A stretch of 63,136 nucleotides of DNA, filler included. It is 4 parts of 4 records of this genome, joined end to end, with 100 filler letters (N's around TTAATTAATTAA, not from the genome) between each part and the next. Parts side by side here need not be neighbours in the genome. Positions count along the whole stretch, not along the records: positions 41,020 to 57,751 come from SRR20825006_2128; positions 57,852 to 63,136 come from SRR20825006_2164; 2 more parts are not named here. One strand, written 5' to 3'. The notes beneath the pieces were generated by a model. That model was not told where the DNA came from. It did no database searches and worked only from the letters and a program-made list of their open reading frames with translations. Positions 55,721 to 63,136 of the stretch are shown piece after piece. The position numbers and the translations under genes were made by a program. How positions within the stretch are numbered: position 1 is the stretch's first letter; each line of letters starts with the position of its first letter.

Positions 55721-57604
55721 ATGAAGAAACTTGTTCTTGGGTTCATGCTAGTAAGTATGGCCTATGGTTGTTCTCCAAAAATGGGAGATAGCCTAAAGAG
55801 TCCACTAGCAACAGAAACTCCCATAGCTACAGCTATAAACTTAGCTAACGTAATAAACGATAAAGTGTGGGTTGAGATCGATCCCGGTTTATTCACTCAA
55901 AGTATGGTAACCTATCGATTACCAAAAGTAGTACAAGGAACCTATGCTGTAAGCGACTTCGGTAGCTTTGTTGATAGCTTAAAAGCTTTCGATTATTCTG
56001 GTAAAGTGATACCCTCAACTAAAATCGATGAAAACTCTTGGACTATTAACAATGCCCAAAAACTCGATAAAATTGTGTATTACGTAAATGACACTTTCGA
56101 TATCGAACGAACAGATAAGCCTACCCCGTTTTCGCCATCAGGTACCAATATTGCCGATGACAATTACATGCTTAACCTGCACGGATTTATCGGCTACTTT
56201 GATGAACTCAAGAACAGTCAGTATACGCTTCAAGTTACTGCGCCAGCTAGTTTTGAAAAATCATCGGCTTTAGAGCGTGTAAGTTCTACTACCATTGACG
56301 AAGGCTTTACTGTAGTTGATTTATACCATGCCGACCGTTATTTCGACATCACCGACAACCCAATGATGTACGGCGATTTAGATACCGAAGAATTTCAAGT
56401 AGGTGATATCAAGATTGTATTAAGCGTGTATTCTCCAAATGGAGTGCATACTGCTGCTGAAATTAAGAAAACTGTTTTTGAGATGATGAAAGCTCAAAAA
56501 GCGTATTTAGGAGAGATGAACAGCACTCCTCGTTACGATATCTATTTATATCTAGCGGATCAAAATGAAACTTCTCCAACAGGTTTTGGTGCTTTAGAGC
56601 ATCACACTTCTACAGTAGTAGTACTTCCAGAAGCATATCCAGCTCAAGCATTAAGTGCTTCTATGATTGATGTAGTATCGCATGAGTTTTTCCATATTGT
56701 AACTCCACTTTCAGTTCACTCAGAAGACGTACATAATTTCGATTACAATGCACCAACTTTTTCTAAGCATTTATGGATGTACGAGGGCGTAACTGAATAC
56801 TTTGCAAGTCATTTCCAAGTGTATGAAGGTCTTCAATCTCGAGAAGAATTTTATTCAAAAATAAATGACAAAATTTCTACCTCACTTAGTTTAGCCGATG
56901 ATATGAGCTTTACTGAAATGAGTGAGAATATTTTGGACGAACCGTATGCATCTAACTATTACAATGTGTACATGAAAGGTGCACTTATTGGTATGTGTGT
57001 TGATATCTTGATGCGAGAAGAAAGCAATGGCGAGCGTAGTATACTTTCTCTTCTTAAACAACTATCTGAGAAATACGGTAAAACTAAAGCTTTTGAGGAT
57101 GATAACTTGATTGCTGAAATCACAGCAATGACTTATCCATCAGTTGGTGAATTTTTAACCACTCATGTTGTTGGTGGAACTCCCATCGATTACAATGTAT
57201 TCTTCGACAAAGTAGGTCTTGAAATGGGTGAAGAAGAGATTGAAACTTCCTTACTATTTGTAGGTCAAGTTCCTTTTATTGATGCAAATCCAAACACAAA
57301 AGAAATCTTTTTTAGAGATGTTGAGCTTAATTCTTCATTGAATGAAATGGGAATCCAATCAGGAGATGTGGTAAAGTCGGTGAACGGAACAGAATACACA
57401 TTAGACAATGTTCGTCCGCTCATTCAAGCTTCTTTCCAGTGGACACCAGAAACGGATATCTCTTTTGTAGTACTAAGAGATGGTGAAGAAATAGAACTTT
57501 CTGGTAAAGTAGGCTCGCCTATTCTAATGCAAGGGAAGCTAATGGAAAATCCTGAAGCTACTGAAGGACAAGTTCAGCTTAGAAATTGGTGGTTAGAGAA
57601 GTAA
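55721..57604 (+). CDS. M61 glycyl aminopeptidase family lipoprotein with PDZ-like domain
   Basis: Lipobox YGC; GALEH; SHEFFH; LWMYEGVTEY. Confidence 0.92.
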   Translation: MKKLVLGFMLVSMAYGCSPKMGDSLKSPLATETPIATAINLANVINDKVWVEIDPGLFTQSMVTYRLPKVVQGTYAVSDFGSFVDSLKAFDYSGKVIPSTKIDENSWTINNAQKLDKIVYYVNDTFDIERTDKPTPFSPSGTNIADDNYMLNLHGFIGYFDELKNSQYTLQVTAPASFEKSSALERVSSTTIDEGFTVVDLYHADRYFDITDNPMMYGDLDTEEFQVGDIKIVLSVYSPNGVHTAAEIKKTVFEMMKAQKAYLGEMNSTPRYDIYLYLADQNETSPTGFGALEHHTSTVVVLPEAYPAQALSASMIDVVSHEFFHIVTPLSVHSEDVHNFDYNAPTFSKHLWMYEGVTEYFASHFQVYEGLQSREEFYSKINDKISTSLSLADDMSFTEMSENILDEPYASNYYNVYMKGALIGMCVDILMREESNGERSILSLLKQLSEKYGKTKAFEDDNLIAEITAMTYPSVGEFLTTHVVGGTPIDYNVFFDKVGLEMGEEEIETSLLFVGQVPFIDANPNTKEIFFRDVELNSSLNEMGIQSGDVVKSVNGTEYTLDNVRPLIQASFQWTPETDISFVVLRDGEEIELSGKVGSPILMQGKLMENPEATEGQVQLRNWWLEK

Positions 57605-57630
57605 TACTTTTCTAAAAGACTCTTATTCCG

Positions 57631-57661
57631 AAAGCCTCGCCCCAAAAGCGAGGCTTTTTTT
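57631..57661 (+). terminator. Intrinsic terminator
   Basis: AAAGCCTCGC-CCCAAAA-GCGAGGCTTTTTTT. Confidence 0.85.
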
Positions 57662-57751
57662 ATATAGAAAACATTGGGAATTATCAGAGCAAAGGGAGAT
57701 GTGTTAGATAATTCGAAGATAGAAATGATAGTTTTTTAAGACTCGGTCATC

Positions 57752-57851
57752 NNNNNNNNNNNNNNNNNNNNNNNNNNNNNNNNNNNNNNNNNNNNTTAAT
57801 TAATTAANNNNNNNNNNNNNNNNNNNNNNNNNNNNNNNNNNNNNNNNNNNN
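57752..57851. other. Artificial contig linker
   Basis: N44-TTAATTAATTAA-N44; GC jumps sharply. Confidence 0.99.
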
Positions 57852-58083
57852 GGAATTCGTCGACGATGTCGGTGAACAGCGGCTTGTCGCGCAGGAACTC
57901 GGTCGACAGGCCGTGCACCCGGAACGCCTCGTCGGGCACGTCGCGCATCGGGTTGATGTAGACGTGATAGTGATTGCCGGACGGGATGTGGTTGATCAGC
58001 TCGACGGCACCGATCTCGACCAGCCGGTCGCCGGTCTTCGGGCTCAGGCCCGTCGTTTCCGTATCAAGAACGATCTCGCGCAT
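57852..58083 (-). CDS. dnaQ: DNA polymerase III epsilon subunit, truncated by contig end
   Basis: [13 protein letters not shown]...DRLVEIG...YINP...VHG. Confidence 0.95.
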
Positions 58084-58134
58084 GGTGGTCCGTTTCCGTT
58101 TCCGTCTCCCGGTGTCGCACGCCGCGCCCCGACC

Positions 58135-58746
58135 TCACAACGGCGCGGCCCGTTTTGTCCCCGACATGAAGGCCACCGCATCGAGGATCGCCCGCACCGC
58201 GCGTTCGGCGGGATCGAGCCCGTGGCCGGTGTCGATGAGGAAGTGGGCGCGCCGGCGCTTTTCCGCGTCGGGCATCTGCTTGGCGAGGATGCCCTCGAAG
58301 CGCGCCGCGCTCATGCCGTCGCGCGCCAGCACGCGGGCCCGCTGAACATCGGCATCGGCGGTGACGACGACCACCGCGTCGGTCCGGCCCTGGCGCCCCG
58401 TCTCGAACAGCAGCGGCACATCGAGCACCGCGCAGCGCGCCAGCGACGCGCGGGCCCGCTCCAGGAAGGCGTTCTCCTCGTCCCGCACCATCGGATGGAC
58501 GATCGCCTCCAGCGCCTTCATCGCGTCCGGATCGGACAGGACGCGCTCGCCGAGGCGGCTCCGGTCGATGACCCCGTCGACGGCGACGCCCGGAAACGCC
58601 GCCTCGACCGGCGCGACGGCCGGGCCGCGATAGAGCATGTGCACCGCCCGGTCGGCGTCGTAGACCGGCACGCCGGCGGCGGCGAACATCCGTGCCGTCG
58701 TCGACTTGCCCATCCCGATCGAACCGGTGAGGCCGAGCACGATCAT
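58135..58746 (-). CDS. coaE: Dephospho-CoA kinase
   Basis: [26 protein letters not shown]. Confidence 0.96.
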   Translation of the reverse strand: MIVLGLTGSIGMGKSTTARMFAAAGVPVYDADRAVHMLYRGPAVAPVEAAFPGVAVDGVIDRSRLGERVLSDPDAMKALEAIVHPMVRDEENAFLERARASLARCAVLDVPLLFETGRQGRTDAVVVVTADADVQRARVLARDGMSAARFEGILAKQMPDAEKRRRAHFLIDTGHGLDPAERAVRAILDAVAFMSGTKRAAPL

Positions 58747-59582
58747 GCCGGTTGCCCGATGTTGTCCAGCACCAGCGCGCGAAGATCGTCGCTAACCTGC
58801 GGCCGCCCGCCGAACCAGCGCTCGAAGCCGGGAACGGCCTGGTGAAGCAGCATGCCGAGGCCATCCACCGTGCGCAGTCCGCGCGCCGCCGCCTGCTTCA
58901 GCAACCCGGTCTCGATCGGCGTGTAGACGATGTCGGTCACCACCGAAGCCGGACCGAGCCCGGCGAGATCGATCGGGAGATCGGGGTTGCCGGACATGCC
59001 GAGGCTGGTCGTGTTGACGACGAGCGCGACATCCGGGCCCGGCGCCATCGCCGCCGCCCAATCGCCGGCTTCGGCCCCGTCGAACTGCGCGGCCAGTTCG
59101 GCGGCCCGGGCCTCGGTGCGGTTGGCGATCACCACCCGGAATCCGCGCGTCGACAGGCCGTAGATCACGGCCCGCGCCGCGCCCCCGGCACCCAGCACCA
59201 GCGCGGTGCCCGGTGCGTCGCTCCAGCCAGGCAGACGCTGGTCGAGGTTGGCGAGAAAGCCGTAGCCGTCGGTGTTGTCGCCCATCAGCCGCTCGCCATC
59301 CCACCACAGCGTGTTCACCGCGCCGATGGCGCGGGCGGCATCCGACAGGCCATCGCAGGCGCCGATGGCGCGGATCTTGTGGGGCAGGGTGACGTTGGCG
59401 CCGGCGAGGCCGGTCGCGCGGAAATCCGCGAAAAAGGCATCCGCCGTGTCCGGCGGGACCGCGATCCGGTCGTAGCTGCCGGCGAGGCCGAGCGACGTCA
59501 GCCAGTGGCCGTGGATGAGCGGCGAGCGCGAATGGGACACCGGCCAGCCAAGCACGGCCGCACGGGGCGAATCCTTGGTCAC
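58743..59582 (-). CDS. aroE: Shikimate dehydrogenase
   Basis: [48 protein letters not shown] start overlaps maf stop. Confidence 0.96.
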   Translation of the reverse strand: MTKDSPRAAVLGWPVSHSRSPLIHGHWLTSLGLAGSYDRIAVPPDTADAFFADFRATGLAGANVTLPHKIRAIGACDGLSDAARAIGAVNTLWWDGERLMGDNTDGYGFLANLDQRLPGWSDAPGTALVLGAGGAARAVIYGLSTRGFRVVIANRTEARAAELAAQFDGAEAGDWAAAMAPGPDVALVVNTTSLGMSGNPDLPIDLAGLGPASVVTDIVYTPIETGLLKQAAARGLRTVDGLGMLLHQAVPGFERWFGGRPQVSDDLRALVLDNIGQPA

Positions 59583-60175
59583 GACGTCACGATTCCCGTG
59601 GCCCTGAGATAGGAAAGCAGGGGCAGCAGGGGCAGCCCGAGGATGGTGAAGAAGTCGCCCTCCACCTTCTCGAACAGCTGCACGCCGAGGCCCTCCAGAT
59701 GATAGGCGCCGACGCTCGACAGGGCGCGCGCGCCGGCCACCGCCAGGTAGTCGTCGAGGAACGGATCGGAGAAATCGCGCATGGTGAGGCGCGCCGTCTC
59801 CACGCACTGCCAGGTGACCTCCTCGTTACGCACGCACGCCACGGCCGAATGAAGGACGTGGCTGCGGCCGCGCAGGCGGACCAGCTGCGCACGCGCCTCT
59901 TCCAGATCCTTCGGCTTCACGAACCGTTCGCCGTCGAGATCCAGGGTCTGGTCGGCGCCGACGATGACGGCATCCGGAAACTGATGGCTGACGGCCAGCG
60001 CCTTCACCGACGCGAGATGGATCGCGATGCGGTCCGGGGTGCGGTCGGAGCTGCCGAGGTCCAGTTCCTGGAGGCGCTCGTCGATGTCGGCGGCGGCGGT
60101 GGAGAAGCTGATGCCGGCGGCCGCCATCATGCGCGAGCGGGCCGCGCTGCGCGACGCCAGGACCAGTGCGGTCAC
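59579..60175 (-). CDS. maf: Maf-family nucleoside triphosphate pyrophosphatase
   Basis: LVLASRSAAR, KAL.V, GADQ, KP, GAY.LEG, ILGLPL. Confidence 0.93.
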   Translation of the reverse strand: MTALVLASRSAARSRMMAAAGISFSTAAADIDERLQELDLGSSDRTPDRIAIHLASVKALAVSHQFPDAVIVGADQTLDLDGERFVKPKDLEEARAQLVRLRGRSHVLHSAVACVRNEEVTWQCVETARLTMRDFSDPFLDDYLAVAGARALSSVGAYHLEGLGVQLFEKVEGDFFTILGLPLLPLLSYLRATGIVTS

Positions 60176-60176
60176 C

Positions 60177-61031
60177 TCAGATGTCTCCGCCGTCGGTGAT
60201 GCTCGCAGCATATTTCCGGTCACTCAACAGGGCCAGGATGGCCGCGGCCGTCTCTTCGATCGACCGTCGCGTGACGTCGATGATCGGCCATTCGTTCTCG
60301 GCGCACAATCGCCGGGTGTAGGCGATTTCCTGCGAAACCGCCTGGCGGTCCACATAATCGCCCCGGCCGGTGCGGATTGCATTGAGCGACAGCAAACGGT
60401 TCTCGCGGAGCTGCACGATGCGCTCCGGCGTGGCCACCAGCCCGACGATCAACGGACGCTCGGCGGTGAACACGGCCGGCGGGACCGGCATGTCGCGGAC
60501 GATCGGGATGTTGGTCGCCTTGACGCCGCGGTTGGCGAGATAGATCGACGTCGGGGTCTTGGAGGTGCGGCTGACGCCGATGACGATGACGTCGGCCTCC
60601 TCGATGTCGTCGGGGAGCGCGCCATCGTCGTGCACCATGACGAAGTTCAGCGCCTCGATTCGCCGGAAATAGTCGGCATCGAGGGAGTGCTGGGCGCCGA
60701 TGCGCGAGATCGTCGGGACGTTCAGATAGGACTGCAGCACGTGAACGAGCGGGTCGAGCACGTCGACGCACGGGATGCTCATCTCCCGGCAGCGGCGCAG
60801 CAGGCGTTCGGAAATCGTCTGGTCGACCAGGGTGAACAGGACGATCCCGGGGCTGGCCTCAACCTCCGACAGCACCCGGTTCACCTGGCGGTCGGTGCGC
60901 ACCAGCGGATAGACATGCTCGATCGCTTCCACGTTCTCGTAGCGCGCGATCGCCGCGCGCGAGACCGTCATGAGCGTCTCGCCGGTGGAATCCGACACGA
61001 GATGCAGATGGAAGAAGGTCGGCTTATCCAC
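60177..61031 (-). CDS. PEP synthase / PPDK regulatory protein (kinase-pyrophosphorylase, DUF299)
   Basis: HLVSDSTGET, YFRRIEAL...HDDG, GVSRTSKTPTS.YLA, SIEETA. Confidence 0.94.
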   Translation of the reverse strand: MDKPTFFHLHLVSDSTGETLMTVSRAAIARYENVEAIEHVYPLVRTDRQVNRVLSEVEASPGIVLFTLVDQTISERLLRRCREMSIPCVDVLDPLVHVLQSYLNVPTISRIGAQHSLDADYFRRIEALNFVMVHDDGALPDDIEEADVIVIGVSRTSKTPTSIYLANRGVKATNIPIVRDMPVPPAVFTAERPLIVGLVATPERIVQLRENRLLSLNAIRTGRGDYVDRQAVSQEIAYTRRLCAENEWPIIDVTRRSIEETAAAILALLSDRKYAASITDGGDI

Positions 61032-61445
61032 GGTGTCTTCCTGAGGCTGTGGAGGGCTGTGCGCAAACTGCGTCAATCACGCTCCGGCGGCCGCATGGTT
61101 GCGGATGGGCCGGGATTCGTCCACCGCTTTGTCCCGGCCGGGACAGCGCGCGGCGCGCTGGCGGAACTGCGGGGACAGTTTCGGACTTTCCCCGATCCGG
61201 AGACGGTTATCCCCGGGGACAATCCGTTCGATCGCCGGTAGCGTACGTCTCCCGGGGGCCGGCTGGCCGGGGCGAATCGCCGCGTCAAGCAGGATTTGTC
61301 CCCAATCGTGGATGACGGGGTTCCCGTCGCCGGTGCGATCCAGTAGGCCAACGGCGGATGGTGAACGAAGGGTTAATTTCTCGCTCTCCACCGGCCTAAT
61401 AGAAATAGAAATCAAGATTCTAGAATCTCTTATTTAGTTAGAGGG
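61024..61445. other. Probable chromosomal replication origin (oriC)
   Basis: Lies between PSRP and hemE as in other Alphaproteobacteria; DnaA-box-like 9-mers; AT-rich tract 61397-61441 with two GANTC sites. Confidence 0.75.
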
Positions 61446-61450
61446 AGTTC

Positions 61451-62494
61451 GTGGTGGACCAGGAGACACGCCGGCTGACCACCCGATTTGCGCGCACCCT
61501 GATGGGGGAACGCCAGGACGTCCCGCCCATCTGGATGATGCGGCAGGCGGGAAGATATCTCCCTGAATACAGAGAGATCCGCAGCACCGCCCCGAGCTTT
61601 CTCGACTTCTGCTACGCGCCGGAACTGGCGTGCGAGGCGACGCTTCAGCCGATCCGCCGGTTCGGTTTCGATGCGGCGATCATCTTCTCCGACATCCTCG
61701 TCATTCCCGATGCGCTGGGCCAGGCGGTTCGCTTCGAGGAGGGCGTCGGGCCTAGGCTCGATCCGCTGCCGCTGGAGCGGGTGGGCGATCTCGACCAGTC
61801 GCGGCTCGGCGATCACCTGGCGCCGGTCTACGAGGCGATCCGGTTGACCCGGGCGGCCCTTCCCGCCGAAACGGCGCTGATCGGGTTCGCCGGCGCGCCA
61901 TGGACGCTTGCGACCTACATGCTGGCCGGGCGGACGACCCCGGACCAGGCGCCGGCCCGGCGCGCCGCCTATGGCAACCCGGACGGGTTCGCCCGGCTGA
62001 TGGACGTGCTGGTGGACGCGGTTTCCGCGCACCTGGTCGCGCAGATCGATGCCGGCTGCGATGCGGTGCAGATCTTCGACAGCTGGGCCGGTGCCCTGGA
62101 CACGCTGTCGTTCCCGCGCTGGTCGACGGACCCGAACACCCGCATCGTCGCCCGGGTGCGCGAGGCGCGGCCGGGCGTGCCGATCATCGCGTTCCCGCGG
62201 GCGGCCGGAACACGGCTTGCCGGCTTCGTGGAAGCGGTGCGGCCCGACGCGGTGTCGCTCGACTGGTCGGTGGACTTCGAGGCCGCCCGGGCCGTGCAGC
62301 GCCGGGTCTGCATCCAGGGCAATCTCGATCCGATGCGGCTGGTGGCCGGCGGCGGGATGCTCGACGAAGGCGTCGACGCGATCCTGTCGAGCCTCAACGA
62401 CGGGCCGTTCGTGTTCAATCTCGGCCACGGGATCGTGCCGGAAACGCCGATCGCCCACGTCGAGCAGATGGTGGCGCGGGTGCGCGGCGGCTGA
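61451..62494 (+). CDS. hemE: Uroporphyrinogen decarboxylase
   Basis: [48 protein letters not shown]. Confidence 0.97.
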   Translation: MVDQETRRLTTRFARTLMGERQDVPPIWMMRQAGRYLPEYREIRSTAPSFLDFCYAPELACEATLQPIRRFGFDAAIIFSDILVIPDALGQAVRFEEGVGPRLDPLPLERVGDLDQSRLGDHLAPVYEAIRLTRAALPAETALIGFAGAPWTLATYMLAGRTTPDQAPARRAAYGNPDGFARLMDVLVDAVSAHLVAQIDAGCDAVQIFDSWAGALDTLSFPRWSTDPNTRIVARVREARPGVPIIAFPRAAGTRLAGFVEAVRPDAVSLDWSVDFEAARAVQRRVCIQGNLDPMRLVAGGGMLDEGVDAILSSLNDGPFVFNLGHGIVPETPIAHVEQMVARVRGG

Positions 62495-62565
62495 CGCCCG
62501 CCGGCGTTTCAGCATCGGACTGGTCGGGCCTCGGAAGGAGCCCCGCGGACAGTGAGCGGATTGCG

Positions 62566-62997
62566 ATGGACAGCGCCTATCTCTGGCTGAAGGCCGCCCA
62601 TATCTTCTCGGTGATTGCCTGGATGGCGGCGTTTCTCTACTTGCCGCGTCTGATGGTCTACCACGCCGACGCGGCGGTCGGTTCGGACACGTCCGAGACG
62701 TTCAAGGTCATGGAGCGCCGGCTTTTGCGCGGCATCATGACGCCGTCGATGATCGCCACCTGGGGTTTCGGGCTCGCGATCGCCACCATGGGCGGCTTCT
62801 GGTCGTCCGGCTGGCTGCACGTGAAGCTGCTGCTGGTGCTCGGCCTCAGCGCGATGCACGGCATCTGCGGCGGCTGGGTGCGGGCGTTCGCCGAAGATCG
62901 CAACACCCGGTCGAGCCGCTTCTACAGGTTGGTGAACGAGATTCCGGCCGTCGCGCTGGTTTTCATCCTGCTTCTGGTCGTTCTGAAGCCATTTTAG
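62566..62997 (+). CDS. hemJ: Protoporphyrinogen oxidase HemJ
   Basis: KAAHI..VIAWMA..LYLPRL.VYH, MERRL...IM.P, NEIP, KPF. Confidence 0.93.
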   Translation: MDSAYLWLKAAHIFSVIAWMAAFLYLPRLMVYHADAAVGSDTSETFKVMERRLLRGIMTPSMIATWGFGLAIATMGGFWSSGWLHVKLLLVLGLSAMHGICGGWVRAFAEDRNTRSSRFYRLVNEIPAVALVFILLLVVLKPF

Positions 62998-63136
62998 CGG
63001 CTGGAGGGCCGTTGCGGTCTTGAAGGCCGCGTTCGAAGCGACTATTAGTAAGTGTCTCCGAATTAGCAGACCTGCATCCGGGCATTGGCACGGATGCGTC
63101 AGCGGTACCCGCGCTCAGCATTACCCGCTCCCCCGA

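Noticed and set aside
57913-62997. Overlapping long ORFs (310, 404, 361 aa, and the 365-aa N-terminally extended hemJ frame)
   Set aside because: High-GC shadow frames; real genes identified by conserved motifs, and hemJ starts at 62566

Overview
The window is four unrelated contigs joined by identical 100-bp artificial linkers (44 N + TTAATTAATTAA + 44 N), so context must not be read across joins. (1) 1-13188, GC-rich Rhizobiales-like alphaproteobacterium: AraC/cupin/GNAT genes, decayed OYE and aldehyde dehydrogenase genes, and a kdp K+ pump locus in the permuted order kdpF-orf62-kdpB-orf26-kdpA-kdpC-kdpD-kdpE. (2) 13289-40919, Flavobacteriaceae-like: menB, then an accessory block with a frameshifted RadC/JAB gene, an AT-rich STAND NTPase (HEPN-like + NB-ARC + TPR-like, candidate antiphage gene) and an AraC-linked redox/hydrolase cluster; then core genes (OmpA, fused E1, ung, mutS2) and an AT-rich DUF5677-like gene. 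(3) 41020-57751, Balneolaceae-like: two paralogous C4 zinc-ribbon membrane proteins bracket a beta-propeller sensor kinase, a NarL-type regulator, a stand-alone receiver and a 2881-aa T9SS-secreted FG-GAP protein. The downstream paralog is fused in frame to a signal peptide and a PIDGG (PID-CTERM-like) sorting tail. This module is my best candidate for an undescribed system. (4) 57852-63136, alphaproteobacterial dnaQ-coaE-aroE-maf-PSRP / probable oriC / hemE-hemJ. All family calls are by motif recognition; no database searches were run.
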